From: Ascidiella aspersa
Taxonomy: Eukaryota
Length of the DNA: 64,000 nt
NCBI GenBank assembly: GCA_963924565.1
Contig: OZ004609.1
Span: forward strand, 6,510,001-6,574,000
Reading direction: 5' to 3'
The position numbers and the translations under genes were made by a program. Shown here piece by piece: positions 47,044-62,133 of the stretch; within the stretch, counting starts at the first letter, position 1, and every line of letters starts with the position of its first letter. Below the pieces are notes generated by a model. The model saw only the letters and a list, made by a program, of their open reading frames with translations, ran no database searches and was not told where the DNA came from.

Positions 47044-50000
47044 CTTTAATTCACTTAAAACATAAAAGTTACACAGCAATTGTAACATAACGCGCAGTGC
47101 GCTATTTAGATTCAGGAAATATGGTAAGCTAAACTTTGTTTAAACAAACACGAAAGCGACAACACGCACACAAGACAAATCCACAAGCCCTGCGTATGTT
47201 CAATTATGTATTGTATATGTTTTACCTTCGTGGTATTTAGTATTCCTACGCTCTCCAGGTTTCAATGCCTAAAATATAACTTAGTCGAATATCCTTGCAC
47301 AGCTAAGGCGGAAAACCACTGCTCGCCTAAACTGTATTGCCGCTGCGCATTCGCTTTCCAGTATCGTTACATCAACAGCTTCAAGAACCAAAGTCGGCTC
47401 TAAGGCCGGCGCGAAGTGCAGAGAAAGTGTCTAAAACCGTGCGCAGCAAATACACAACTAGGCCTCAACGAGCGAAAAGCAAAAAGGGCGAGCGAACCCA
47501 CAAAATCCCGTCTGGCGCGGTTTTCGCCCGACGGCAAATCCAGCTTTGCGCTTTGGGACTCGAAGCGAGCACGAATCGGCGGCGGTCGCATTAGCTTCGG
47601 GATCTAGCGAAAATTGGGTTTTCGCTTTGGCGGCCTGGTGCACTTTGCAGCACCGCCGAGCTCTGCGCCGATTGGTCGGTGTTTGCGAAACCGCAGTTTG
47701 CGCCGATATAAACAACCTGGAAACGAATGTTAAATTTGTCCGTGGCAGTGTTTAGTTATTGGTTTAGGGATGTCTCGCTCGGAATCTATTTCTACAGTTT
47801 TGACACGGCAGCATTACAATGAATTAATAAATGTTGCTTTACTTGGAAATTTTCGCTTCTTTTAACCTACATTTTGCCTTTTAAAAAAAAAATTATCCAC
47901 CATTTCGCCATTTGCGACCGAGTTGGTTCATTGAATCTGTTTTGCCAAAAATAAATCGAGTAAAAAAACGCATGGGTTTAGACTTTTATTAAGGCTTCGG
48001 ATAAATTGGATCTTAGAAAAACCGTACAAATTAGAAAACTAGAAAATATAGTTCATGTGAAAATCCCTTCCTTAAGGATGCCTGTATTATATTTTATGTT
48101 AAAGGACTCGAAACCAAGCACAAGTAACTCCTATGTTTGTCCCGTTAACCCATTTTTCGCTCTGCTTTTTTATGGAAGAATAAATTACTTAATTCGTAAT
48201 CATTAACTTCATTTTTATTGAAATAGCACTGTTGAAATGGTTTTCAATGTTTAAGAATCCGCCCAACAACAAGATTATCAATTAAGAAAAAAAAGGAAAA
48301 ATGTATAAAAAGAAACGTTTGTTGGAAAATTTGTTAACAGTACAAAATTTTCAGTTTTAAAAAAAGACGACAGCTACCAATCATAATACATTTCACATAA
48401 AATTAATAAAAACGCTTTTAAGTGTTTTTCAAAATACTCGCCGCGGCCCGCCGGATGCTTAACGCTGTCTTTACCGATTAGCTCGGCACCTTTTCGTCAG
48501 TCCCTGTTTACAGCAACGCAATTTGTGCGGTTTGATGTGGGCGCGATGTATACAGTGGCCATATGGCGGCGAAACAGACACACCTGGTTTGATTTCGCGC
48601 AGGATATACGTTTTCGGGACACGATGACGCATCGGTTCAAGCACAATACGACGAGTCCATAATGTATCACGCGAATTAGGCGCGTTTTCAGGCTTCTTTG
48701 ACGGTCAGTCGAGCGATACGCGAATCGTGTCTCGCACAGATACTCTTCAATCGTTTCTGTTTTTAAACGATAAGGTAGGCTGAAAGCCATTCGCAAAAAT
48801 ATTTTAGGCGTAAAGCCACATTTGCGATGGAATTTCCTGCCGCTGGCTCGTGTATTGACTACAACGACTCGCAGCGCACCAGAAAAGTTTGTCGCTGTTT
48901 CCGAAATTTTATTTGAAGCGCATTTCGGCCGCCGCTTGTGTCAAAACGTCACCAATCGTCTTTTAACACGAGGTAATTTATTGTGACAAGCAGATTTTTT
49001 CTTATACGCTCTCGATCGTGCTATGGAGTTTTTGACGCAAAGATAAAAGTCAAGTCTCAACGCAAGAATTCTAGCCAACACTGCAATGAGGTTTTTTGTT
49101 GCATTAATGTAGCCTGTAACAATCTAGACCAGTTGTTATTTTTTCATTTAATTTGAACACCTCGCAAAAAAGTCAAAAAAGTTCCTCTATTGTGTATAGT
49201 TAATGTTTGATGTTTCCATCACGTATATTGCTATAGCGCAGTAAATGAATAATACCGTAGAAATGCCACAATTTACTTGTCTTTCACGTTTCACGTAGCC
49301 TGGATGTCGAAAAAGTTACGAAACTAGACTTTATACCAACTATCGGGAAAAACTTGATTTCGAACTTTTAAATGTAAATTGTCATGCAAATCACACCTTG
49401 TTGTTGCTTTTAGTTTGTAGGCTAAACATTACAACTCACACTAAGCAAATTTTAATAAATGTCATATCATTTTAACCAATTGCTCCAACTAAAGCACGAT
49501 AATTACAACCGAAAAATATAAAAAGCAACACGCTTCACAGCCAATACACCTAGATGAAGAATCACATCGTACAATTCTAAAAAATTTACGAAGTTTGCCA
49601 GTAATTAAAATACACAGTTGCAATGGCAAGCAACTTTGCGCTGAAGGCTTCATCGATTAACCGACAGGTTATCTGACAAACTTCTGCCACTCAGCGAAAA
49701 CCGCCGGTTTTAAACCTCAGAGTTGCCCCTTTTTTCCACAAGAATCGCCTCGAAGAGAAAAAATGGTTCTCTAAATATGTAAACAGCGAAGGCCTGACGC
49801 TGACGATAAACGACGCGTAAAGTTATTCCGAGAAAATGTTGCGCACTGCGAAATGTGAAAGTATAGGACTTTAACTCATTTGCCGGAAACATCCACTCCA
49901 AATAGGGGGTAAATTGGAAATGGGACCACGTCCAGGCCTTTTGGGTAAACACACTAAAATTAATCCCCCGAAACCTAAGTTTGGTTAGATTCCCAGATTT

Positions 50001-53000
50001 ATTTCTGATAAAAGCCCGTAGTTCTAATTTTTTTTTTATTTGATCGCAAACATATAGGTAAACCCTACAATCATACATTGAGAATACTGCAGAAGCTTAG
50101 TACAATACCAACTTTTCAGAGACACGCTAATCAATTTGCCCATACGTTTCTCAGCAGTGGAATTTGCATGAATTCTGTGCTACAGAAAATATATGCCTAT
50201 TTGAGGCTTGTAAAGCAATGTTTCACGTTAACATGCCAAACGATCCAGCCAACTATAGTGTAGATCAGTGATTCTAAAAAGTATTTAGAAAAAACTACAA
50301 AATAGAAAAAAAGTAGATGGGAGTTGATATCTCCAGCCAACTAAAATGATGGAGTCACATTATTTTAGGTTTTCCGTCTCCCAATCAAAGGCCCCTGGGG
50401 GTGCAGACTCATAAACCCGTTATATGCAAATACATACCATTCTGTGTTATTATATGGGCCGAAAAACACGGGAAAAACAAGGTAGTCCCGCAAATCAATT
50501 TTTGGTTCACATAATAAAAGGTAGTAGGTGATTGGCATTTGGTTTATCGACAAAGAGTATTTATTTAAATCTCGCAAGCTTCACTGTATGCCGACTTGCG
50601 AATTGAATAGGTTCAGTTGCTACATTGCAAAACGTCAGGCGGCAAAATTGGGAATCTTTCGAGGCGCACAGTTTAATATTCCACGGTGGGTATCTCCACG
50701 CAGGCGTAAGGTGTAAAGGTCGCTTCGAACCCTGTGGGGGGAGGGGGGAGGTTTCATTCTTTGCGCCCATTGTTCCGGCACCGTGTGCGTCAACGCGACA
50801 TTAATATGTCAGAATTACCGTGTCCCCCACGTTCCGACTCGACGCCCGTCTTCTTCACGGCCGATCGCCCCAGACCAAACATAGCGACGTGCGCGGAACA
50901 AAATACCGCTTATTATCGTGTCCGCCGCCGTTCGTCTTGAGCAAATGTCAACCCCGGCAGCAGCCTTAGATCTCCGTGAAATCTAAGGCCTGCAATGGAC
51001 GATCTTCTATGTATGTCACGGACAAACGGCAAACTAGTAGTCTGCTGAATCCTTTTAAAACCCTTGGGTCGCGGTCCCGCTTTGATTTCCGGGGTCGCTT
51101 TATTGCTGGTGGAAAGCATTGGAAAAAAGAAAACGAAGAACGTTTTTGTTTGAAATGTTTAATGCAAAAACCCATGCTTATGCAAGTAACTCCCCTTGGT
51201 TAAAAAAACGCAACCGACTTAAACAGCCTAATCTTTTATTACTTGAAATTTACCATTCTAAAAATTTTCAACAATATACTTGCTGAACTGCCCAAACCCC
51301 TAAAATCAAGTAAAACAGTCCTAAAAAACTCTATCTGCGACAAAGTTATCTGGGACGAATCTATTTTATTTTTAAAACAGCTTCAACTATCAGGTATTTT
51401 CCAATAAAAAGCGAAGGATATACCTAATTCAGAAATACAACGTATTACTCGATTTAAATTCATTTTATCCCTGGTACTCACAACTCAACAAAAATCACAC
51501 TTGTCCACTAACAAGAAAATTAAATCATTCAATAGACCGATTTAGCAAAAAATCGACAATAAGTTCAAAAATTATGCAGCTTAAACTTATATTAACCTCA
51601 AATCCTACGCTATTAGCCTTAAAAGCTGTTAGACTAAAGCGAATTTTTAGAATGCAGCTCACACGAGCTTAGATCGATTTCCAGCTGAGCTGTACGCCTT
51701 TCCGGCGTGGGTTAAACACCTGGAATAGAAACGCCCAAACGCAACTGCTAGGTCGATGAAGAAAAATACGAGACAACAAGAGCGCATCCCTACTTGCCTT
51801 CAATCACATTAGCATCGACGCACTTAAAAGCCTGTGTGCGGCTTCCCTTAGCCGGCGAAGCACAAGAGGGGCGCCGTAGTTATTCTTCAGTCCTAATGCC
51901 GCCGCACAGCTGCCAAAACGCCCGGGCCCCCCTGACGATAAAAACACGGGCCTCTGGGATGGAAACCTTATCTCGTTGAACAACGAGCCCTAACTGCCCT
52001 GTGTGCATCCACCAGGGACTTGCAAAGTAGCAGAGGGTTGGCGTAACAGGATTAGAGACATGAAAAGGACTTGCGTAGGTTAGAATTGTCAAAAAGTTGG
52101 GAGCTTCTATTAAGATGTAAAACATAAAAGTGCCTGGTGACCTTAAATTTAACTGACCCTGTGAGAAACTCAGCCTTGAATAGGCAAAAAAAAATCTGTT
52201 TTGCCACGCAACTTTCTCGGAAGTTTGGTAACCTTGCCTTAAAGAAAAGGGATTCATTTCAGCAAAAAAAGGGCCGCCCTGAAATACCCGGCACATATTA
52301 AACTTTGATTTTTACTGTGAAAATACTTTTGCTAGGCATTTTCATGTTGTCTGACTAACTTTAATAGACAAAAATTTCAATAAGATTTTAATTGCGTAAT
52401 ATTTAACTAATTTGTTTAAAGTAAGTTTAACTGTCGTCTTTAATTTGGATAACTGTAGCGTAACTTAAGCTCCCTAACGATAAAAAAATAACCAGCTTTT
52501 CTATCAACTATCAGTCTGCGCCTGAGCGAATCGAAGATGTTCGTGTAACCTCAAAAGTAGGCGGGCAACATAAAAATCTAGAATGGCGGTCAGGCAGTTT
52601 CAGGCAGCTAACGGTTGCAGACAACTGTTCAGCTCTGTAACTGCAATATTTCAACGTTAAAGCAGCAAACCTTTCCTTTTACCACCATTACACTTCTAAT
52701 ATAACTACTCTGCAAAGCCTGGTCGAGGAAACGAAGCTGCTGTATTCTAAACAAACCGACCAAGCTCCGTCGCCGATTGCAGTCAAAGGGGAAAGGCTGC
52801 AACCCAGCTGTAGCTAAAGCGTCTGCAGCAGTAAGAAGTCGGTAACCTGTGTGGCCTTCAGCTTTCCCGAGGCGTGACTATATGTCGAACACACACACGG
52901 CAAATAATGTCGGGTAAATAACGCGGCCCGCCAACGCGGGGCGATGTGATGCAAAGCTTTGCTTGTGTGTTTGCTATCGGTAAACGAAGCGGGAAAACGC

Positions 53001-53313
53001 ACAAAGATGGAAAGAGAAAGAGAGACCCCCCACACCCCCTCCACCCCCGCTTTCACTTTTTCGCTTGAATTCGCTGTCCCGGGCCAGCGCGCCCTTGTTC
53101 GGTTCGGCTCTATCGACTTGTAAAACACGAAAGGCTCCAGTGATCGGGCAAAAGGCCAAGACGTATATTAGTACTCGGCGAAGTTCCGTTTAAGGCGAAA
53201 CTAAATGCGAGGCAATCGCTCGGTTAAAAAGGTACATTGCTGGGAGGAACTAGTATGGCTTAGAACTGCTGGGTTGAAGAAGCGGTGGCGCTTGTAGTAT
53301 TAAACTGTTCAGG

Positions 53314-53602
53314 GTCAAAATTTTGTTGCTTTAAACAATACAGTATCAAAAATATGAAACGTTTGAGTGCGAAAAGATTCTTTGTGAACTTTGGTGGTTA
53401 TATTAGCAATTCTTCCTCATAATTTAAAAAAATCCTTTTAACCACGCAGGGTTGGAGAATTGGTGACGCTATTCGTTTTAAACGGGTCCGCGTCAATTTT
53501 GTTGCTTTAAGCAATACAGTATCAAAAATATGAAACATTTGAATACGAAAATATTCTTTATGGACTTTGGTGGTCATATTAACGATTCTTCCTCATCATT
53601 TA
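53314..53602. repeat. Direct duplication (~110 bp, ~177 bp apart)
   Basis: TTTTGTTGCTTTAA-CAATACAGTATCAAAAATATGAAAC...ACTTTGGTGGT-ATATTA...ATTCTTCCTCAT twice. Confidence 0.85.
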
Positions 53603-56600
53603 CCTGTTTCACATTATAGTGACACTATAACCCAGAAATTCTTTCCTAAGAATCGTAGTACATTTAACATTATGTTTGGCCTACAACACGATGCAAATTC
53701 ATGCGACCTCATGTACGAAATATTCCTAAGTCCCCGATTCCTGGCCAATAGAGCATTATTAATCGTCAATTTTTATGGCCGAAAGATGTTAATGGATGAA
53801 AAAGTGAATAAAATCCAAAATTTACAGAAAAAAATACAAAAATAGGAAAGTCTATAATTATGGACTAGTTAGGCATCGCATAGCATTGAACTACCTTTAG
53901 GTTTCGCTGCAAAACTAAACGTACCATCCAGCGCAAATCTGTAAAACACAGATAAATCAAAAGAGGGTTTTACACTGTTGTACAAACCACGGGCAGGCTA
54001 CCAAGAAGAAAGCGGAACAAAATTACCCCTCATGGCTGAACGCAGCCCGCCCGACCGCACTAATCGTCGCTATCGGCTTACGTGGCCCCAATCTGCAGGG
54101 CGGAAGATAACGACGGAGGAAAAGACGTAGGTCGCAAATGGGAGACATTATAGCCGTCAGGAAACCGTACACAAGCGTGCCTATCGCTTCGCCCAGCTGG
54201 CACAGGCCTTTACTATTCACAGAAGCTGCTGGAATCGGATGGGAACGGTTATGACGTAATCGTTATCTTGTCTGCGGCGATGTCGGAAACTTGTTTAGAA
54301 GGGAGGCCCAGACTTGGACCATCAGAAACTGTTTCATCTTTTCTTAAAATGGACTTGAATTAGAAACACCTACTTAATATTAGAAATTGAAAACAAATAT
54401 TAGAAATTGAAATAAAATCTTATCAAAAACTATCATTCACCAAATGTTTACATTTTTTTCATCAGAGCGGAATCGAAAAACATTCAACATATCAAGATTG
54501 TCATTTTCAGGCTATATAAAACTCAACTTGCGTCCTGAATGGATAACAAGTTGTTCAGATTGAGAAACATGAAAGCCCTTTAGGACAATATTTTATTTTC
54601 TGAAATTCATAAATTAATCTAAAACAAAATCAGACACTCAAACAAATTACAAATTAATATAGAATTGCCATTAGTTGCGTATCATTCTAATTCGTCATTT
54701 ACACATGTTGAATTCACTAGTTGTGTAAGTCTGGGGAAGACTACTTCCTCCACCCAGCTGCCCTACTAATACTCGCCGTTTGTGTGAGCGCGCGAATCCT
54801 TCGTGAAACATCAATCATCGGCATGTTCGAGGTTCAGCCAGCTTTTTCGGCTACTGGTTGTCCGTTGTGGACGAGGCATGTCCACTGACGTTAAAGTAAA
54901 TCATTGACTCGCGCCCGAAAAAAAGTTTTCCAAAAAAAATCCTGTTTTCTTTTTTAATTTTTTACTAAATTCAAGGTAAAACTGTTTATGTAGGGCAACT
55001 GTCAAAGCATTGCGGTTATAGGATCAGGTATTGTCGAGATTTTTATGTATTTGTGACTTGTGTACCCGATGAATAAGATACGAGTCCAAGAAACCATCAA
55101 CGTTGCCACAATAAATTCATTAAGCATATTTTAAGGCGAAAAATGAAACCTGGAATTGCTCGGTAGCTCTATATAACTTTGTACAAGTTTTTAGGAGCTT
55201 TTCATCCTTGAGATCTCATTGTGTGATGGCGAAACGCTTGATATTCGCTTTGCTTAAATTTTATGTAGTATACAAAACCAGGAGAGATGCCTACCTTAGC
55301 GGACCTTTAAAACGATGTAAAAGACTATAGTTGATATATATGAAAATATGCAGGTGAAAGGCGAAGCTCGATGAATTGAAACGAAGCTCAACAATCAAGA
55401 ATAAAAGAAGTAAAAATCAGGGAAAACAACCGCAATACATCAAAAAAATAAATTGAAAAAAATACACGAAGTTCGTGCCGACATTGTAGGTTTGCATGCT
55501 GTTTTAACTTATCTATATCAAACAAAGAAACTTTGGCTGTTTAAGGTAATAAGATGCTTGGTAATCGCATTAAAGGTTCAGGAATTAGCCTGCGTAAAAA
55601 AGTAGGCGGCCGAAATTGCTTAGAAAGACCCTAACCGCAAAATACGCTCATATCCGCAATCTCTCAGCTGACAATTCGTCGGGGCACGGAAGGAATTCGA
55701 TGTTGACCGAAGTCGTGAAAACGCTACACGTTGTGTCTGTTCCTGTGCCAAGGAATGCGAAAAGACGAGAAGGGCGTCGGCCGTTTTTTTTTATACTTTT
55801 CCCAGCGTGATTCCCACCGCGAAAGAATGCGGCGCAAATGCGCAATGTGAAAGCGCTTGGGGGAGGCTGCCCCCCTCCCCACAGGACTCCGATCAATCGA
55901 CGAAATTGCCGAAATTAACGCCCGTGCCAAGTTCGCACTGCGTAGGCGAAAAGTAGGCCTTATTCTGTCCGCCGAACATATAGTTTGACTCCCTTTTTCA
56001 TAATGTGTTGCATTTGTTCCTGGTTAAAATTGTTCCGTAAGTATGGCGTTTCAAGGTAATTTTCACAGCTTGTGTTAAGGTGTTTCAACAAGTATGAGCA
56101 GTGACTTGTTAAACTGCGATATCTAAAGACTGATGCGCGATTAAAATATTCTCAATCTGTCAATAAGCGAGTGTACAATGAGTACGAACAAACTTTTCGA
56201 CATATCTTTTTATGTAACAAATTTTTGACGACTAGATTGGACCGTCTGCTCTTCAACCTAAAATGTTGGTTGAAAATTAACCCTTTATCGCCTGAATTTG
56301 TTTCTGTAATCTTAAATTATTTCACTGCGTGTTTACACTTGTTTTTTCATAAGTTAGACATATATCAAACAACGTTTTGGAAATATCAATGTATTGTGTC
56401 TAATTTGTGTTTGTCGCGAATTCGCTACACCAGACATTCGAGGCTAAAAAATAGGTGAAATTGTGATAAAATAAAATAAGAAAACATTACACCGCACTTT
56501 TGGAAATTATTTATTGGTCAGTTAGAAAGTTGGACACGGTATACTTTAAACTGGCCAAAAAATTTGGCATTTTGAATGCGATAAGAACTTCAGAAGCGAA

Positions 56601-57395
56601 GAGTTCATCCGTGCAATTGCGTGGGACGACGGTCGGCAGCTTATGTTTATACTTTCCCCTTCCGATTCGTACGAAACCCCTCCAACTGTTTCGATCGTTT
56701 TTACGCGTGGGAGGTTCGTTTCTTTCCGACTCTTAAACATTGACTGCGCTTTGCTGCACGTTTTCTGTGCATTAAAATGCCAGCCGAGTCGTCCTTGATG
56801 CCTCTGTACGGCGCTAAACGTGATGCCGTTTCGCAAACCAGTTACGCAAATCGGTGGTCAACTATAAGCGACAAAGCCTTGTAAGTAGCACCGCATTTGT
56901 TTTCGTGCCCAACTTAAGGGATTAGGGCGTCAAGGCAGTAAAGAAACGGACAACTGTGCTTTGGTAATGTCACGCTGGATTTGCTGTCTAAATTGAAAGG
57001 AACCATCAAACGGTTTAAAGAACTGATGATGCCGCGCGGTCTTCAGGCGATGAGCACCTTTGTTTGTTTTTTTAACCTTAAAGCCATTTAAATCCATCCA
57101 TTGCACTTCTCACGCTAGTAGTAAGCAATGGATTATCACCTTTGGCCCATTGCACGATTACAATTCATGTTGTACATTCAACAAGTCATATTGTTTTCCA
57201 CGTCTGTCCACGCTGTCAAAAATATATTAACCTGGTGTACTGACACATACGCGTTTACGTCAACTTAAACTCGGTTAAAACTGACTGGCGGAGTATATTG
57301 GAAGTAACAAAAATGGCAATAAAAACATAATATTGAACCCGTCCTTGTCCTAACTAAATCAAAACTATGACACACATCCTCTTGTAAGAAATATA

Positions 57396-57655
57396 ACCTA
57401 TGTCACCAGATTATAATATCTCCGTGCGAAGTGTACTTACTAAACTAAAATCAAACATTCAGTAAATCCAGTGTCACTGATGTGGCTTACAATACATTTC
57501 ATCCACTTTTATTGTTTAATACAACCTATGCCACCACATTGTACCATTCCCGTGCAAGGCAATTGTAGTTACTAAACTAAAATCAAACATTCAGTAAAGT
57601 GAAAATCAAACATTTCAGTCAAGTGACACTGTTGTGAGTCGCAATACATTTTCGT
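57396..57655. repeat. Degenerate tandem duplication (~130-bp unit x2)
   Basis: AACCTATG-CACCA-ATT...CCGTGC...TTACTAAACTAAAATCAAACATTCAGTAAA twice. Confidence 0.8.
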
Positions 57656-60600
57656 CGCCGATAAAGGAATAGGTTTCAACCTAAGAGGAAGTATAGCATT
57701 GACAACAGGGCTGTATAACACAAGGGGAACCCCCTTTGAAAGATCGCAGATCAGTCGGTTTCCATTACGGACTAAGTGGGAGCATGTGTCGTACAAGCGA
57801 GCGCACTCAACTTGTCTTGCATTCGAGGATATCTGGTTTCACGAATAAAGAGAGGGGGTGGGCGTCGCGATTACGCGATAAGATCTTGCACTAACCGGTC
57901 ACGTTGACCTCACTGTAAGCCGGTTTCGTAAACGCCCTCATTCTCTCTTAACGTCGTTTTCTGACGCTTAAAGAAACATCCATGGCGTTGACCGAGTGGC
58001 AGCCTTGAACGTTCCGCGTGTTTTTAATATATGTTCATGTTCGTTGCCAGCGACCGATCATTAGACGAGGCTTACGGCAGATTTGCTTGTCCAATATGTA
58101 TGGCTCTTTGTCAGATGTTAACAGCCACAGGTTTTGTGAATGCCTGTTAACTTTGTCCACCTCAAATAGAACGCCATGAAACAGAAGTTTTGCTTAGATT
58201 CGTAATCATGTTGGCATAAATATACCCCGAGCGTAGAAATATCATGAGAATAAATCGATTACATTAAATGTTCCCTAATATTTTTATTGAAACCTAGAAA
58301 AATTGTGACTAAAACTAAATTTATCGAAATATTCCTTTACTATCTTTTAAAAATAAATCCATGAAAATAAAACGTTTCCACCAAAATCAAAGTTGCCAGA
58401 GCTGAGAAATCATAAAGATCGTAATTCAATTTTAAAGGTCTGACCCAATGCTGTTCAGACACCGGCCTATTGGGAGACGATTGCAGAAGCAAACCTACTG
58501 GTCATTTCTCATGGGGGTGGCTATTTTGCGACTTGTTTGTCATAAATAACTTTCAACTTTTCCCTAATGATGTAACGACAGGTCAAGAGTTTGCGGCAAA
58601 AGTTCATTCGATTTTAGCGATCATGTAACCATTATGCGAAAGGTACTTGGAAGGGGGCACTTAATAACGTCACCATTTAAACTAAGAAAAAATCGTTTTC
58701 TTTATGACCTGGCAAAGCCGTGTGGACTTTCTCTGTCTCGAAAGGTTTAACACTTTCGAAAGAACTAAAAAAAACGTTTATCGCAAAGAATTAGTTTGTA
58801 GCGCTTTTTTAAAATTGACTTAAAGAGCTTTTTTATTTCAAAATAAAAATTTGATCTAAAGAATTTATTTTCTTGCATTCAAAATGTAATTCGAAAGCAA
58901 ATTTATGACTCAAACTAAAAAAATGTGAAGGCATTTTTAATACTTAATTCAAATTTGAATCCAAGTTTTTTTTTGATCTCATTTAAAAAATATTTCAATG
59001 CCAAACTAAAAACAAGGCGTAAATATTGTTTGTTTTTCTTCAATTAAAAAAACGTATTCAATCTAATAATGAGAATGCAGCTTAGAGGATTTTTAAGGCT
59101 AATTTAAAAACACGGATTCGATTGTTCGTCGTAATCTCTCGTCAAACAAACCAACCAAACAAACAAACAAAGACACGTGTTTCCGTAAGACAAATAGTAC
59201 GAACGCGATCGAACGCTTTCTCGCAAAGTCCCAATTAAAACAAAGCAAAAGCCGAAAGAAAATGGGCGGTGGTGAGATGCCAGGTGCGCCAGACGACTGG
59301 CCATTGCTTATTCAGCTTGGAATATGGAATTCGCCGGCTCGGACAACCGACCGGTCTCCAGGCTGTCCTACAGTCCACAGAAAAGCGGCAACAGCCTTCC
59401 GGGATGGGCAGAACGGCCTTCAGTGTTTGCACGGCGCGTTTGGCCGGCCAGAAGGTCGCCCGTGTTTGCCAAGCGGGCGCGGTCGCCGGGTTATGCCAGC
59501 CTGGTTTCCGTAGCTTCCAGACGCTCTCCAGTTGAACCGAAGTGCGAGCTTTTTCTTCTTCGCGCTCCGAACGACGTTCGCGGGTTTTCGGTTTAATCGC
59601 AAAAAAGGCGGCCTGTGAAAGATTTAAATTCTTTTTTTGGCGTGTGGAGTTGTGCGTGGGCTCACTTCTGCTGCAATATCGGCCGTTACCTTCTTCTAAC
59701 TATGCTACCTACCTATCTCGTCACAATAATGCACTATGACGTCAAGACGGTAAGACAATGATCTCGAATCACTGAATTGTTGGGAGAATGACTTGAGAAT
59801 TTCCGGCTGAATATATTAAATTGAATTAGCTCATTCAGATAATAATTTGATCTTGTTCGGATAATAATTTATTTCACATATCTTGAACTGAGTAATTTAA
59901 TTGACTTGAGGTAATCTTAAAGAATATATTTTTCTGTAGTGGTAGAATTTAGTTATCAAAAGTTATTTTTATCTATCCTGTTAAGCGGTGTGAGATTTGA
60001 ATTCGGTCACTCGCATAACGACGAGGTTACGAGAGAATTTCCCAAATGTCTAGTCCTCGCCTCACTATTCTACCGACACTGCGCGTTTTTCATAACTTTT
60101 TCTTCGTACCAAACCCCCACAGTCCACACATATTCGCTACCGCGACTCTACGCGAAGCTACAGCATGTCAATTGACATTATGTTATTATTATGACGATTA
60201 AAGCAACACAGTTCAAGGATATATACAAGAGGGATTGAATGAAGGGGGCACAAGGTTTTTCTCTCCCTTTCCTAGCACGCTAAGAGTCATGCTAGCTTTC
60301 CCTATACGAAAGAAATGCTTTCAGCTAAGCTTTTAGGATTATCTAGTACTTTAAAACTTGGGATATGAATGAACTTTGCGAATTACCCTTCTAAATTATA
60401 CGTTTTGCTAGTCTAAATTTAATGCGTTTCTTGGCTTGGCGCTATCATATTCAAATACAGTTGACCATTTACTCACAAGTTCACTCGCGAACAACAGGTT
60501 TCAAAGATTTATTTGGTCTTATTAAGTCAGAGTAGCACGTACACTTCAAGACGTCATTGCTAATTATATTTTTGCGATTGTTAACAAAATCCTGGATTCG

Positions 60601-61793
60601 CCGATGAATGTATATAAAGTTAGGAATAGACTAGGCTTAAGTTCTACCATCCTGTTTTGTAGGCTGTAGCAGAAAAGATGAAAAAGACAACTTTGTTGTA
60701 ATCGTATGACTAGCTTAGCACTTTCCACTCCCATTTGACTTAAGTTATTTCTCACTACTGCCGTAAAAATGACGAACAAAGGCTTTTAAAAACGGCGTTG
60801 AGACCGAAACTTTTAGAGTTGTCTGGAGACAGTCCACCAAAATGGGCTGCATTCAAATGGAGTAGATCTCTAGTTATTGAATTTCAACTGAGATGCGACG
60901 TTTTGTAAGTCGTACTTCCCAAAGATATTGTAACATTTCACAAGTAAAGCATTGGATAGTTTTTTTTTTATTGTACTTAGTGCTAGCAGTGCACGGGATA
61001 CCGTCTTGAGGGTGGGAGCAAAAGTGGCAGGCGTGGAATGCGATGGGTAAAGGACGGCAAAAAATGAGAAGCTTGTCGTGATATTTAAACACACTATCTG
61101 CGCTACCTTCACTGCTAAATCAACTGAAAAGACTCAGAATTTCAGAAAAACCTTAAAATAACAAATAACGGCTGCAGGTAACTGTACGATATATTCAAAG
61201 AGCGCGTTGGTTTGGTGTACATAATTTCTGTTCACGATTTAGGTAATATATATAATACGCATCTAATCGTAATGTTCTTTTTTCCGATGTAAAAGCGCCC
61301 GCGACCGAGTTATCGATATTCTGTAGTGAAACTATAATGCGGTTCCGCGATCGGGGTCAAACTGTGAATGCTCGACCTCGAAAGCTCAAGTTTTAGTTTG
61401 CCGAAGAGTCGTTCGCGGAAAGTTTCACAATTGCCCCTTTGTCGTCAGGCACTTCACCACAGTTTGTCTTGCGGTGCGAATTGACAAGTGATCTTTAATC
61501 TATCGCTCGATTGCGGAACACCAGCGCTTATCGGCAAATGCGAGAACGTTAGATCACAGGAACCTTAAGGGAACGGCGTGTGGGGTCCAACGACTAAAGT
61601 GGGGACGTTTCGCGACAAAAGAGCCCTTGCTGCCAATTTTCCGCCTCGTTTGCCTGTAGTAAATATTTAGCTTGCGATGGGAATTCGGAAATTAGCTTGC
61701 CGGCTGCAAATTGGACGCAAATGTTCTGGCCTTAACCGACTTAAACATCCCTGGAATCTTGTTTGACAAACTAAGAGGATATTCTTCCGTATA

Positions 61794-62133
61794 TGCAATT
61801 GAATAGCTTTGAATCCTGTTTTTTACAGTTTAAAAGTGAGTAGTCATTGTATAAATGTTTCATTTTAACAACATTTGTTAGGCTGTTTTATGCGAAAAAT
61901 GGCTTAAAAATTTAAAATAAAGTAGATGCAGCACACATGACATCAAATCAATAAAATAGTGCATTTAGTATTCACATAACTATATTGACTACTTATCTAA
62001 AGTTAAAAAAACGTGCTAAAAAGCCATTTTTCGTACAAAACAGCCTAACAAATGTTGTTGAAATGTGACATTTGTACCATGACTACTTACTTTTTTACTG
62101 TAAAACAGGTTTACTTTTAGCTATTCAATTGCA
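61794..62133. mobile_element. Foldback element with ~110-bp imperfect inverted arms
   Basis: TGCAATTGAATAGCT...AACAACATTTGTTAGGCTGTTTT...GAAAAATGGCTT pairs with AAGCCATTTTTC...AAAACAGCCTAACAAATGTTGTT...AGCTATTCAATTGCA. Confidence 0.8.

Noticed and set aside
59736-59749. Possible plus-strand first exon ATGACGTCAAGACG|gtaaga after a GC-rich island
   Set aside because: No in-phase downstream coding exon found; the candidate near 61326 stops after ~22 codons. A non-coding transcript cannot be excluded.
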